Below, one piece after another: positions 29,292-39,280 of a stretch of DNA of 64,000 bases. The notes under the pieces are model-generated. The model was not told the DNA's origin, did no database searches, and saw nothing but the letters and a program-made list of their open reading frames with translations. The stretch lies in the IMG/VR virus record IMGVR_UViG_3300032038_000006. One strand, 5' to 3'. Made by a program: the position numbers and the translations under genes. How positions within the stretch are numbered: the stretch's first letter is position 1; the number at the start of each line of letters is the position of its first letter. This stretch comes from a virus (taxonomy: Duplodnaviria > Heunggongvirae > Uroviricota > Caudoviricetes).

Positions 29292-29628
29292 ATGTTGGGA
29301 TGGAGAGGGCGGCAGCCGTTCTTCTCTTAACAATTTTTATGGTGAGGCGGCACAGAACAAACCTTCAACAGGTAAGAAGAAGGTAAAAGAAAAGACTAAG
29401 AAGTCAGACCATAAGCATGATTATGAGAAAGTTCTCATTAACTATGACGATTGGCACGGTCTCTGCGTTGGCAGATTATGTCGTATCTGTGGTAAACTTG
29501 TATGCGACAGAACTACTGTTTGTCTCCCGACAAATAATGGTTATTATCGAGCAATAGATGATGATGAACTTCTCAAACTCCCTGAGTACAAGGACCTAAG
29601 AATAATTAATGGCGGAAAATTCATATAA
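29260..29628 (+). CDS. hypothetical Cys-rich protein
   Basis: RBS GGAGG. Confidence 0.4.
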   Translation: MGKGDYRKVNECWDGEGGSRSSLNNFYGEAAQNKPSTGKKKVKEKTKKSDHKHDYEKVLINYDDWHGLCVGRLCRICGKLVCDRTTVCLPTNNGYYRAIDDDELLKLPEYKDLRIINGGKFI

Positions 29629-29632
29629 AAAT

Positions 29633-29661
29633 TTGACATTTTTTATATATTATGATATAAT
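29633..29661 (+). promoter_or_regulatory. sigma70-like promoter
   Basis: TTGACA n17 TATAAT. Confidence 0.65.
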
Positions 29662-29694
29662 ATATATAGAAAATGAGGAAAGAGGTAAAAAGAA

Positions 29695-30627
29695 ATGAAA
29701 AAGTATGTAGACATCGAGCGTTTCAAGGAGAAGTATGATACCGTCTTTTCAATCGGCGAGCAGGTAACGATTACCGAGAAGGTTGACGGTTCAAATGCAT
29801 CATTCACATATGACCCCACAACAAATACAGTTCTTGCGTTTTCTCGTAAGAACCAGCTTAATGAGGCTAACACACTTAACGGTTTCTGGAACTGGGCACA
29901 GCAGCTTAATGTTTCTCAGATTGATATGCTTACACAGCACGGTAGATATGTAATCTTCGGCGAGTGGCTTACAAAGCATACAATCAAGTACCCTGAGACA
30001 AGATACAAGAACTTCTATATGTTTGACGTATGGGATACTCAGACAGAGGAGTACCTCCCTCACGAGGATACTTATGCAATCTTCAAGGGACTTGAGAACG
30101 CAGTACAGCTTACTCAGCAGGTAATTTACTTTGTTCCTATCTTCTACACAGGTGAGTTCAGAGGTTGGGATAGTGTTTACCAGCTTGTAGGTCAGACTAT
30201 GCTCGGCGCGGAGCCTTGTGGTGAGGGTGTTGTTATTAAGTCTCAGGATAGACTTGATAACAAGAACAGCAGAACTCCTTCATACCTCAAGATTGTTGCA
30301 GAGAAGTTCTCCGAGGTTCATCAGGACCATCACAAGTCTGTAGACCCAGAGGAGCTCAAGAAGAGAGAGGCTGAGAGACAGTATGTAGCAAGTGTTGCAA
30401 CTGCTCGTAGAGCTGAGAAGTGTCTCCAGAAGCTTGTTGATGAGGGTCAGCTTAGACCTGATTGGGACGAGCACGATATGGGAGCAATCGCAAAGGTACT
30501 TCCTAAGATGATGTATGAGGATTGCCGCAAGGAGGAGCCGGAGGTTGTTGCAGCTTGCGAGAACTTCGGTAAGATTTGCGGTAGCCTTACAATGACATAC
30601 GTAAGAGATATGCTTAAGAGCAGATAA
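29695..30627 (+). CDS. Rnl2-family ATP-dependent RNA ligase
   Basis: Motif I EKVDGSN; FGEW; EGVVIK; C-terminal lysines. Confidence 0.65.
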   Translation: MKKYVDIERFKEKYDTVFSIGEQVTITEKVDGSNASFTYDPTTNTVLAFSRKNQLNEANTLNGFWNWAQQLNVSQIDMLTQHGRYVIFGEWLTKHTIKYPETRYKNFYMFDVWDTQTEEYLPHEDTYAIFKGLENAVQLTQQVIYFVPIFYTGEFRGWDSVYQLVGQTMLGAEPCGEGVVIKSQDRLDNKNSRTPSYLKIVAEKFSEVHQDHHKSVDPEELKKREAERQYVASVATARRAEKCLQKLVDEGQLRPDWDEHDMGAIAKVLPKMMYEDCRKEEPEVVAACENFGKICGSLTMTYVRDMLKSR

Positions 30628-30638
30628 GGAGGGCCCAT

Positions 30639-30869
30639 ATGGATATTAATGTAAAGGTAACATTCACAGCTCCTTCCGCTGAAGGACTCAGCGGCAATAC
30701 AGAGCATAAGTCATGGACATATCTTACAGCTAAATCAGAAAAGGAACTCGATAACGTTATCGAGGGCGTCCTTACTGACTTCGTGATGAAGACAGGCGTA
30801 AATAGAGATATGGTTACAATCGCAAAGGAGTACGATAATGACACTGGAGAATCTGATAGCGGTTCTTGA
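30639..30869 (+). CDS. hypothetical protein
   Basis: RBS AAGGAGGG. Confidence 0.4.
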   Translation: MDINVKVTFTAPSAEGLSGNTEHKSWTYLTAKSEKELDNVIEGVLTDFVMKTGVNRDMVTIAKEYDNDTGESDSGS

Positions 30870-31023
30870 GGCTTTCGCCGAAGTAAGTATCCGTGTGACT
30901 TTTCATGACGATGTTCTTTTTGAGGGCATCGCCATTGGAAATAAATCAAAATGGGTTGAATATGCTCAACGCAGAGTAAACCTAATACAAAATCGGAATG
31001 GAGTGTATTACATCTATGTATAA
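30838..31023 (+). CDS. hypothetical protein
   Basis: ORF. Confidence 0.3.
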   Translation: MTLENLIAVLEAFAEVSIRVTFHDDVLFEGIAIGNKSKWVEYAQRRVNLIQNRNGVYYIYV

Positions 31024-31195
31024 GAAGCTCACAGAATGGGAAATAAGGATTATGATAGAGACGAGTCCGCATACCGCGGCCGCCTATATCAGAGATTTAG
31101 AGCGAAAGCTCGAAGAAGCACAGAAGATGGCTCAAGCCTATAAGGACTTGACCACAGGTAACTTGACAATAACGCCAGACCATATCGACGGCTGA
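30998..31195 (+). CDS. hypothetical protein
   Basis: ORF. Confidence 0.3.
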   Translation: MECITSMYKKLTEWEIRIMIETSPHTAAAYIRDLERKLEEAQKMAQAYKDLTTGNLTITPDHIDG

Positions 31196-31223
31196 CGTTT
31201 AAATATTAAGGAGGATTTCAACT

Positions 31224-32801
31224 ATGGGATTTATTTTAGCAAATCTTGGCATCATTCTCGGCGGTCTCGCCATTCTCTTATTCATCGTAGTTATAGCGAC
31301 GGGTTATGTAAAGGCTCCGCCAGACACCGCATTCATCATTTCAGGTCTTCGTAAAAAGACCGTCATCGGTAAGTCATCTATCAAAATTCCATTCCTTGAA
31401 AGATTGGATAAGTTAACTCTCCAGTTAATTCAGATAGACGTAAAGACTTCAAACTCAGTTCCAACGGCAGACTACATCAACGTTATTGCCGACGGTAACG
31501 TAAACGTAAAGGTATCCAGCAATCCAGAACTTTTATCAATCGCGGCAGAGAACTTCCTTAATAAGGACGTCTCAGACATTGCAAAGGTAGCACGAGAAGT
31601 GCTTGAAGGTAATATGCGTGAAATCATCGGTCAGATGACCTTGGAAGAAATGGTAAATGACCGTAAGAAGTTCGCAGAAAAGGTTGCGGAAAATGCAAGT
31701 CCTGACTTCAAGGCTATGGGTCTTGAAATTATTTCATTCAATGTTCAGAATTTCTCTGATGAGCAGGGACTTATCGAGAACCTTGGTATTGATAATACCG
31801 TAAAGATTCAGAAGAAGGCGGCAATCGCTAAGGCAGATGCTGAAAAGGAAATCGCAATCGCTCAGGCTAAGGCACAGAAGGATGCCAACGATGCACAGGT
31901 TGCGGCAGACACAGAAATCGCTAAGAAGAAGAATGAGCTTGCTATTCAGAAGGCAGAACTCAAGAAGCAGGCAGACATCAAGAAGGCAGAAGCCGACGCC
32001 GCATACCAGATTCAGGAGCAGGAACAGCGTAAGACTGTTGAGACTACAACCGCTGATGCAAACCTTGCTAAGCTCGAAAAGGAAATCGAGTTAAAGGAGC
32101 GTAACGTAGCCATCACCGAGAAGGCTCTTGAAGCAGAAATCAAGAAGAAGGCAGAAGCAGAGAAGTACGCAAGACAGCAGGAAGCTGAGGCTCGTCTCAT
32201 CGAAACACAGAAGGCGGCAGAAGCAGACTTGTTCGAGCGTCAGAAGTCAGCAGAAGCTAAGAAGAACGAAATCGAGCGTCAGGCAGAGGCTCAGAAGGTT
32301 CAGGCAGAGCGTGAAGCAGAAGCTAAGAAGGTCGCTGCAGAAGCAGCTCTTTATGAAGAGCAGCAGAAGGCAGAGGCACGTAAGGCAGCAGCTCTCGCAC
32401 AGCAGGCAGCTATGGAAGCTGAAGCGGCAGGTATTAAGGCAAAGGGTGAAGCTGAAGCAGCAGCTCTCCTTGCTAAGGCAGAGGCTGAAGCCGAGGGTAT
32501 CCTCAAGAAGGCTGAAGCTATGAAGCAGTACGGTGACGCTGCTAAGATGGATATGCAGATTGAAGCACTCAAGGTTTACTTCGAGCAGCTCCCTGCAATC
32601 GCTGGAGCAATCGCAGCACCTATGTCACAGATTGACAAAATCACTATGTACGGTGAAGGTAACACAGCTAAGCTCACAGGAGATATAATGACAACCCTCA
32701 ATCAGGTTAACGATGGCTTAAAGGGCTCAACAGGTATTGACATTCAGTCAATCCTCGGCGGCGTTCTCGGCAGTAAGTTAATCGAGAATAAGGAAGACTA
32801 A
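31224..32801 (+). CDS. flotillin-like SPFH/band-7 membrane protein with long EA-rich coiled coil
   Basis: N-terminal TM; SPFH core; repetitive AEAEKKA segments. Confidence 0.6.
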   Translation: MGFILANLGIILGGLAILLFIVVIATGYVKAPPDTAFIISGLRKKTVIGKSSIKIPFLERLDKLTLQLIQIDVKTSNSVPTADYINVIADGNVNVKVSSNPELLSIAAENFLNKDVSDIAKVAREVLEGNMREIIGQMTLEEMVNDRKKFAEKVAENASPDFKAMGLEIISFNVQNFSDEQGLIENLGIDNTVKIQKKAAIAKADAEKEIAIAQAKAQKDANDAQVAADTEIAKKKNELAIQKAELKKQADIKKAEADAAYQIQEQEQRKTVETTTADANLAKLEKEIELKERNVAITEKALEAEIKKKAEAEKYARQQEAEARLIETQKAAEADLFERQKSAEAKKNEIERQAEAQKVQAEREAEAKKVAAEAALYEEQQKAEARKAAALAQQAAMEAEAAGIKAKGEAEAAALLAKAEAEAEGILKKAEAMKQYGDAAKMDMQIEALKVYFEQLPAIAGAIAAPMSQIDKITMYGEGNTAKLTGDIMTTLNQVNDGLKGSTGIDIQSILGGVLGSKLIENKED

Positions 32802-32807
32802 TTTATG

Positions 32808-32845
32808 AAAGTCAAAGGCGTAAAAACCTTTGACTTTTTTTTTAT
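32808..32845 (+). terminator. terminator fused to the next promoter -35
   Basis: GAAAGTCAAAGG..CCTTTGACTTT followed by T9. Confidence 0.6.
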
Positions 32846-32858
32846 AATATGATATAAT
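32830..32858 (+). promoter_or_regulatory. sigma70-like promoter
   Basis: TTGACT n17 TATAAT. Confidence 0.65.
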
Positions 32859-32904
32859 ATATATAGAAAATGAGAAAAAGGTATAAATAAAAGGAGGAGC
32901 TTGA

Positions 32905-33474
32905 ATGATTTATTTTATTAGCGATTGCCATTTTGGTCATGACCGAGAGTTCGTATTTGGACCGAGAGGTTTTAGCAACATTGATGAGATGCATAAGGCT
33001 CTCATTGAAAATTGGAATAAGACTGTTACAGATGAGGACGACATCTATGTCGTTGGAGATTTCTTCCTCGGCACAAATTGGGAGTTCATTAAGAATACTC
33101 TCAATACTCTGAAGGGTCGAATTCATCTTATCGTTGGAAATCACGACACTCCCGCTAAGATTACAGAATACACAGCTTGGGATAACATTGTCGAGATTGC
33201 TGATGCACTTCGTGTTAAGTATAAGAAGAGAACATTCTTCCTCTGTCATTATCCTACATTCACAGCAGGTCTTGAGCAGGACCCTCATAGAGCAGTAATC
33301 AATATCTTCGGTCACACTCATAGCAAAGAGAAGTTCTTCGAGGATAGACCTTATATGTATAATGTGGCGGCAGATGCACATAACTGCACACCTGTTTCTA
33401 TTGAGCAGATTATTGAGGATTTCAATGCTAAGGTTGATGAGTGTATTGCATACCTTAATGAGGAGGACAAGTAA
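32905..33474 (+). CDS. calcineurin-like metallophosphoesterase
   Basis: Motifs DCHFGH, GDFF, GNHD, GHTH. Confidence 0.6.
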   Translation: MIYFISDCHFGHDREFVFGPRGFSNIDEMHKALIENWNKTVTDEDDIYVVGDFFLGTNWEFIKNTLNTLKGRIHLIVGNHDTPAKITEYTAWDNIVEIADALRVKYKKRTFFLCHYPTFTAGLEQDPHRAVINIFGHTHSKEKFFEDRPYMYNVAADAHNCTPVSIEQIIEDFNAKVDECIAYLNEEDK

Positions 33475-33866
33475 TGGCTGACGGAATTTATAATGCACAA
33501 ATAGAGTCTACTTGCCTCGGTCTCTACGACGGCACAGGACCATTGTTCTTCTATATAAGAACTATTTTCTATGATGATGAGCACCCTTCTCTTTCAACAC
33601 CAGACTATTGCTCTGATTTTACAACTCAATTTGGTCATTTCGTTACTCCATCACTTGGACCGACAGAATATATAAGTTATCCCTATACCGATGAGCTAAT
33701 AAGAGAAACTTTGAAGGTAATCGGTGTAAACAAATGGGAAGATTTACCGAATAAATATCTAAGAATAAAAATCACTGATGGTATTATTACTGACATCGGG
33801 CATATTACTAAGAACAAATGGTTCAATATTCGTAAGTTCTTTAAAGAGAAGCCAGAGGTGAAGTGA
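33474..33866 (+). CDS. hypothetical protein
   Basis: ORF. Confidence 0.4.
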   Translation: MADGIYNAQIESTCLGLYDGTGPLFFYIRTIFYDDEHPSLSTPDYCSDFTTQFGHFVTPSLGPTEYISYPYTDELIRETLKVIGVNKWEDLPNKYLRIKITDGIITDIGHITKNKWFNIRKFFKEKPEVK

Positions 33867-34100
33867 ATGGTTGATGAGACTTACAGCTTTACAAAAGAGG
33901 AACTTGATGAACTTGGTTCTTTCTTTAGAGTACACGTTGCAAATGCCAATGATGATGGCAATAGCGGACGATATAAATGCCCAAAGCATTGGATGAAGTT
34001 CGTTATATTTGCGCCGCCGCGAGCAGGAATCCTATACAAAGGATTTGTATGTAATTGCGGCTTCGAGTTTTATTTGAGGAAGAAAAAGGAGGGAGAATAA
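33867..34100 (+). CDS. small Cys-containing protein
   Basis: ORF. Confidence 0.35.
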   Translation: MVDETYSFTKEELDELGSFFRVHVANANDDGNSGRYKCPKHWMKFVIFAPPRAGILYKGFVCNCGFEFYLRKKKEGE

Positions 34101-34101
34101 A

Positions 34102-34767
34102 ATGATTAAACCCGCAATCTTATATGAAGCTCAGCTAAAGAAAAAGATTGCTGAGACTTGGTATGACCCAGATTATATGTACTACTATGATACTATCCCT
34201 GGCATACCTGATATAGCAGATAAGCCAGATAATCAGTATCAGTTTGTTTCTGTCAATGAACAGGGAGAGGTAGTCGGCTTCTTCTCATACTGGGTATATG
34301 AACCTTCAAAGCGTGCAATGAACTTCGGACTGATGGCTTTCAGAAAGCACAACAGAACCTTTATGAAAGATGCTGTTCAGATGTTTAAGGATATGTTCTT
34401 GAAGTATGGTATCGAGAGTGCCGAGTGGCGCTGCTATGCAGATAATGAAGAAGCAGTCAAGCTCTATCGTAATATTATAAATCGCTACGGCGGCGTCGAG
34501 GTCGGAACTCTCAGAAAGAATGGGGCACCGCAGAACCGCAAGATATGCGATACTATTATCTTTGAAATTATCAAAGAGGACTTAATATTTATATACGATA
34601 ATCATCATCGTCCTATTGATATAAAAGCAATGTCAGACAAACAAAGAATAGCTAATATCCATGATAAAGCGCACACCTTTTCGATATTAACACAGCGAGA
34701 TGTTGCAAAGATAGATTTGCTTTATGATAAGTATTGCTTAAAGAACAGGTTAAATAAGGAGGACTAA
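34102..34767 (+). CDS. hypothetical protein
   Basis: ORF. Confidence 0.4.
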   Translation: MIKPAILYEAQLKKKIAETWYDPDYMYYYDTIPGIPDIADKPDNQYQFVSVNEQGEVVGFFSYWVYEPSKRAMNFGLMAFRKHNRTFMKDAVQMFKDMFLKYGIESAEWRCYADNEEAVKLYRNIINRYGGVEVGTLRKNGAPQNRKICDTIIFEIIKEDLIFIYDNHHRPIDIKAMSDKQRIANIHDKAHTFSILTQRDVAKIDLLYDKYCLKNRLNKED

Positions 34768-34768
34768 A

Positions 34769-35149
34769 ATGGGATATAATTATGAAGAGCTTATGGACAA
34801 ATATAGACGAAACTATAATGACCTGACTGCAGAGGAAATAGATTTCCTTATTAAGGAGTCAAAAGCAAGGTTAATTGCTGGTATACCTATTAGTGTAAAT
34901 GGCTTCTATCTTGCAATAGAACAAGATTATACCAGTTATGAGTATGGCGATGTAACTGATATTTTGTCACATGGCTGGCTGGTAAGAGAACTTGTTGTCC
35001 ATATTGACGGTAAGGATTACTATACTCTTGTAGCTTGGAATGACGACTATGGTATTGATGAAGATGATGAGCTCGAATTCAAGGAGGCTGTACGCAAGCA
35101 GGTCCTTGTAGAGAGATGGGTAGAGGTGGAAAATGAGAATAGGAATTGA
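34769..35149 (+). CDS. hypothetical protein
   Basis: RBS GGAGGA. Confidence 0.4.
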   Translation: MGYNYEELMDKYRRNYNDLTAEEIDFLIKESKARLIAGIPISVNGFYLAIEQDYTSYEYGDVTDILSHGWLVRELVVHIDGKDYYTLVAWNDDYGIDEDDELEFKEAVRKQVLVERWVEVENENRN

Positions 35150-35705
35150 TTTAGATAACGTAGTTGTTAATACTACCGAAGCAGTTATCGAGTATTTAAA
35201 CGAGAGAGTTCCAAACCTCAATCTTAAAATGGAAGATATAAAGGAGTATTGGTTGGAGAGAAATTTACCAGCTGGCTATTCTCTTCTCGTACAGGAAGCC
35301 TTTGAATCTAAACATATGTGGAAAAAGGTTAAACTTATCAAGTATGCAAGAAAGTATATTAAGAAACTTTACCAAGAGGGGCACGAAATTTACTTCGTAA
35401 CCAGCTCTTTACCTGAGAACTTACGCAAAAAGATTAAGCACTTATCTCGTAATCTCAGCTTCTTCCCTGAAGGATACGTTGAAAGTCACACTATAAACAT
35501 TCGTCAGAAGCAACTTCTTAAACTTGATATATTGCTTGACGATTGTATGGATAATCTTGTGGGAGATATTTCATACACTCCACTTTGTATGGGTTATCCT
35601 TGGAATGAAGATGATGGGCGTGTAGGTCACGTATATGGTTGGCCCGAAGCTTATAATGTTATTCACTATATTATTGATGATAAGGAGAAAGAAGCTAATG
35701 CATGA
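35133..35705 (+). CDS. HAD-family 5'(3')-deoxyribonucleotidase
   Basis: IGIDLDNVV DxD motif. Confidence 0.5.
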   Translation: MRIGIDLDNVVVNTTEAVIEYLNERVPNLNLKMEDIKEYWLERNLPAGYSLLVQEAFESKHMWKKVKLIKYARKYIKKLYQEGHEIYFVTSSLPENLRKKIKHLSRNLSFFPEGYVESHTINIRQKQLLKLDILLDDCMDNLVGDISYTPLCMGYPWNEDDGRVGHVYGWPEAYNVIHYIIDDKEKEANA

Positions 35706-36069
35706 ATCATTTAAGAATATACCAGTAATAGATTGCCATGATTTGACAGATATATTCTGTGAGGAAATGGGATTACCAAATCATAGACAGATTTGGTATG
35801 ACCACGTACAACTTACTGAAGCTCAGGCGAGAGATATTGAGATTATCGGCGACATCGTTTGGAGAAATTATGCTCAGATATATGGTAATGAGTCTTTTGA
35901 AAGATGTGATAATGACACCTTTTACTATGACAGTGAAGAATATGCAGATGAAGGCGAAAAAGATGCTGATAGAATAAATAAGCTTGCTAAGAAGATAAGT
36001 GAGATAGCAGATAAAAAATTCGCTGACGGCACATTTCCAGAAGAATTTTATAACCTTGTCTGGTGGTAA
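35698..36069 (+). CDS. hypothetical protein
   Basis: ORF. Confidence 0.35.
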   Translation: MHESFKNIPVIDCHDLTDIFCEEMGLPNHRQIWYDHVQLTEAQARDIEIIGDIVWRNYAQIYGNESFERCDNDTFYYDSEEYADEGEKDADRINKLAKKISEIADKKFADGTFPEEFYNLVWW

Positions 36070-36081
36070 GGAGGAAATCAT

Positions 36082-36537
36082 ATGACATTGGAAGAGATAA
36101 AAGAAAAATATCACGAGCTCAATGAGGAGTCAATAAGGATTAACAGTGAGCTTTTTCATCTTTCAGAATAGAGACGAGAGATACAGAAAGAAAGATTAAA
36201 GCCTTTGGTTGGTAAAGCTTACCGTAATCGTAAAGACAATCGAGTAATATTCGTTTACTCTGTACCATTTGAAGTATATAGAGCACTTGGCGTCTCATTT
36301 AATGAGTATCAGATTCCTGTGCTCAAGACTTCTATGGATAATGATAATGGCGGCTCATCTGTGCCAACAGTTGAGATAGATACTATTTTCTCAAAGGCTT
36401 GTAATGCCAAAGACCCCGTAAAGGAATGGGAAAAAGAATGGGAGGAAGTTTCTGCAAATGAATTTTTACAGGAAGTTATCGACCAGTATGTTATGTTTAT
36501 GTCAGATATAAGAGGAACATCTATTAAGGAGGACTAA
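36082..36537 (+). CDS. hypothetical protein, in-frame TAG at 36169
   Basis: RBS AAGGAGGA plus ATG; in frame with the track ORF at 36205. Confidence 0.4.
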
Positions 36538-36539
36538 TT

Positions 36540-36872
36540 ATGATACTTATGTTAATCTTTATAAGCGCAATCATTATTGCTTACATTATAAGAGTGATAG
36601 GTTTAAAGAAGGACCGTAACTATTTTGACAATCATTGCGGAGTAGCTTTATTTGCTCAACTGCTTTGTATATGCGGTCTCGGAGCAAGTACAATTTGCGC
36701 TTTTGCAATCCCTATCGAACAGTGCCAATATGATAACTCATATAAAAAGTGGGATACCAGACGCGTCGCACTGGAAGAAAGAATAGACCTGTGGGAACAG
36801 GGCAATGCAGATAATACTCTTTTCAGCGATATAACAGATTTTAATGTAGAGCTTGTAGATGAACAATATTAG
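36540..36872 (+). CDS. membrane protein (paralog of 36970..37395)
   Basis: Shared W-D-x-R...G...D motif. Confidence 0.4.
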   Translation: MILMLIFISAIIIAYIIRVIGLKKDRNYFDNHCGVALFAQLLCICGLGASTICAFAIPIEQCQYDNSYKKWDTRRVALEERIDLWEQGNADNTLFSDITDFNVELVDEQY

Positions 36873-36969
36873 AGCTCTAATCTTTGGACAAACTGGTTTA
36901 ATAATAGTGCTTGCCAGCATTTTGATAAGATTGAAATACCAAAGAATATGATAGAAAGCGAGGACTAAT

Positions 36970-37395
36970 ATGATAATCGGAATTATACTCTTTAGCCTTT
37001 TAGCCTTTGGCATACTTATGCTTCTCTTACCATCAGAATTAACAGATTTCTTACCAGATTGGGTAGCTGGTTTCGTCGTTATTTGTTTATTTATCGGCGG
37101 CGCAGGCTCCCTTGTTGTGGGCTCAACATACATATGCGAAAGAACAAAAAGCGGCTATAAGCAAAACTATGACGAGTGGGATAATCGTCAGAGAGGACTC
37201 GCGGCAAGAATAAATGAGTGGAACAACGGTGCAGAAGACGATAAGTTATGGGATGAAGTAAAAAAGTATAACAGTGATTTAAAAGATTCTCAGTATTGGG
37301 CTAACAATAACTGGACCAGCTGGTTTAATGAAAATGCGTGCAATGAATTTGAAACATTTGATATACCTGAATATCAAAGAGATAAGGAGCAGTAA
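36970..37395 (+). CDS. membrane protein (paralog of 36540..36872)
   Basis: Shared motif. Confidence 0.4.
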   Translation: MIIGIILFSLLAFGILMLLLPSELTDFLPDWVAGFVVICLFIGGAGSLVVGSTYICERTKSGYKQNYDEWDNRQRGLAARINEWNNGAEDDKLWDEVKKYNSDLKDSQYWANNNWTSWFNENACNEFETFDIPEYQRDKEQ

Positions 37396-37412
37396 TGCTC
37401 CTTTTCTTTTTA
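37385..37412 (+). terminator. rho-independent terminator
   Basis: AGGAGCA..TGCTCCT followed by a T-run. Confidence 0.55.
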
Positions 37413-37420
37413 ATAAAAAT

Positions 37421-37449
37421 TTGACATTTTTTATATTTTATGATATAAT
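37421..37449 (+). promoter_or_regulatory. sigma70-like promoter
   Basis: TTGACA n17 TATAAT. Confidence 0.65.
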
Positions 37450-37481
37450 ATATATAGAAAAGATGAAAGGAAAGATGTTAA

Positions 37482-38333
37482 ATGACAGCTATTGATAATT
37501 ATACAACATATATAGAGGGTATGCAGAAGTCGCTTGATGACAAGCTGTTCTGGATACCGCTTCTCGAAAATGAGAAGATAAATGCAGTTGTTGACTTCGG
37601 TTGTGCTGACGGAGCACTTATTGACAAAGCTTATCATCAGTTGTATCTTCAGCATAATGAAAACGCTAAATTTATCGGAGTCGATAATAACGAGAAGATG
37701 CTTGATAGGGCATTAACAAATTGTCCTTTTATGAAGGCGGCAACAAACCTTGGAGGAGTTCAAGTAAGAGAAAACTATCTTCTTAATCTTAGCAGCGTTA
37801 TTCACGAGGTTTATTCTTATTGCACTGACGAAGAAATTGATGACTTCTGGAATCACGTTCTCAATGATAACTATAAATATATCGCTATCAGAGATATGAT
37901 GGTTGATAGGTCTGTAAATCTTATTAACCCAGTAGTAGAACGAACACAGAGTGGTATTCATTGTTTCCGTAATGAATATTGGAACAAGTATTATGATAAA
38001 ATATGCAAGTTTGATACAAAACAGTGGCAGAATTTCCTTATTCATAATGGCTATGATGCAGATGAAAGTATTTATGAAGTTGAAAATAAAGACGTTCTTC
38101 ATTTCCTTATGAAGTATCGTTATATCGAGAACTGGGAAAGAGAAGTAAGAGAAAACTATTTCCCAATCTACTTTGAGGACTTACTCAATAAAATAATCGA
38201 AAACGGCAACTATGAAATCGTCTATGCAAGACAGTACATTCTTCCTTTTGTAAAAGAAAAGGTTAAGGAAGACTTCGACATAGACCTCGTAGATAATACC
38301 CATTGTCAGATTTTACTTAAATGGGTTGATTAA
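37482..38333 (+). CDS. class I SAM-dependent methyltransferase
   Basis: Motif I VVDFGCADG. Confidence 0.55.
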   Translation: MTAIDNYTTYIEGMQKSLDDKLFWIPLLENEKINAVVDFGCADGALIDKAYHQLYLQHNENAKFIGVDNNEKMLDRALTNCPFMKAATNLGGVQVRENYLLNLSSVIHEVYSYCTDEEIDDFWNHVLNDNYKYIAIRDMMVDRSVNLINPVVERTQSGIHCFRNEYWNKYYDKICKFDTKQWQNFLIHNGYDADESIYEVENKDVLHFLMKYRYIENWEREVRENYFPIYFEDLLNKIIENGNYEIVYARQYILPFVKEKVKEDFDIDLVDNTHCQILLKWVD

Positions 38334-38347
38334 AAGGAGGTATCTTA

Positions 38348-38671
38348 ATGGGTTTTCGTAAGCATACATTCCCAATCAGACTTATAGACAAGGCTGAAAA
38401 GCCCATTAAGATTGTTTCTGGTTGGGCAAATGACGACTACACAATCGGTTTCCACAAGATTTGCACTAAGCGTCAGAGCTGGACTAAGTGGGCGGCAACA
38501 GACCTCTACTCTGGTACTTGCATCACTATCCAGAAGACTCGCCGTCAGTGCGTTGAGTGGATTGAGAACAACAAGGAGCTTATCGAGAAGACTATGGAGG
38601 AGCCTTGGTACATCCAGAGAGTTATGGAGTTCAAGAGACTCCTTGAAAAGGAAATGGAGGAAATGGAATGA
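38348..38671 (+). CDS. hypothetical protein
   Basis: RBS. Confidence 0.4.
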   Translation: MGFRKHTFPIRLIDKAEKPIKIVSGWANDDYTIGFHKICTKRQSWTKWAATDLYSGTCITIQKTRRQCVEWIENNKELIEKTMEEPWYIQRVMEFKRLLEKEMEEME

Positions 38672-38991
38672 GTGGCTTACACAAAGACGGAATAGGCTGG
38701 AACGCTCTTGGTGTTTGGTGTGGTGAATGTGGTGCCAGCACCTGTGAAGGGTGTAAATATGAGTTCAGACCATTCCAAGGTTTCAGCGAAAAAGTAATCG
38801 CAGAGTTTAAGAGAGTACAGAAGGAGGACGAAGAGTTTATGGAAAGAGAACTTAAAAAGCCCTATGAGAATATGCCCGTTGAAAATCCTATCCCTGCAAA
38901 TGCTTGGTGCGGCGAATGTAACACAGATACTTGCGAAGGATGTCCTTACAGAGAGGAGCTTATAAGAAATGGAGAGAACAAGCCATTATAA
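38668..38991 (+). CDS. protein with repeated CGEC...CEGC metal-binding units
   Basis: ORF. Confidence 0.4.
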   Translation: MSGLHKDGIGWNALGVWCGECGASTCEGCKYEFRPFQGFSEKVIAEFKRVQKEDEEFMERELKKPYENMPVENPIPANAWCGECNTDTCEGCPYREELIRNGENKPL

Positions 38992-39280
38992 AAATGAGCG
39001 TAGCTCACGCGAGAAGTTCATCCACGATGTCATCGGTTATGGTAATGTCATAGAAAAGTTCTACTGGGATAGAGGTCATAAAGACGGTCCTGAGATACAT
39101 TGCGTAACCGATACTGGCATCATTATCATTTACAATGCAATCACAAACAGACTGGTCACAACTCTTATCGCAAGACCAGCACAAATTAACAGGTACTATG
39201 AGAAAGAAGGACGGGTCGCTCCGCAGTCTCTTCTTGATTTGGCGGCGGAGCATCAAGAGAAAGGATATAATAATCTATGA
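38969..39280 (+). CDS. hypothetical protein
   Basis: ORF. Confidence 0.35.
   Translation: MERTSHYKNERSSREKFIHDVIGYGNVIEKFYWDRGHKDGPEIHCVTDTGIIIIYNAITNRLVTTLIARPAQINRYYEKEGRVAPQSLLDLAAEHQEKGYNNL

Noticed and set aside
32128-32523. Arg/Lys-rich + strand ORF and Ala-rich - strand ORFs inside the flotillin gene
   Set aside because: Alternative-frame artefacts of the GCAGAAGC-type nucleotide repeats encoding the coiled coil.
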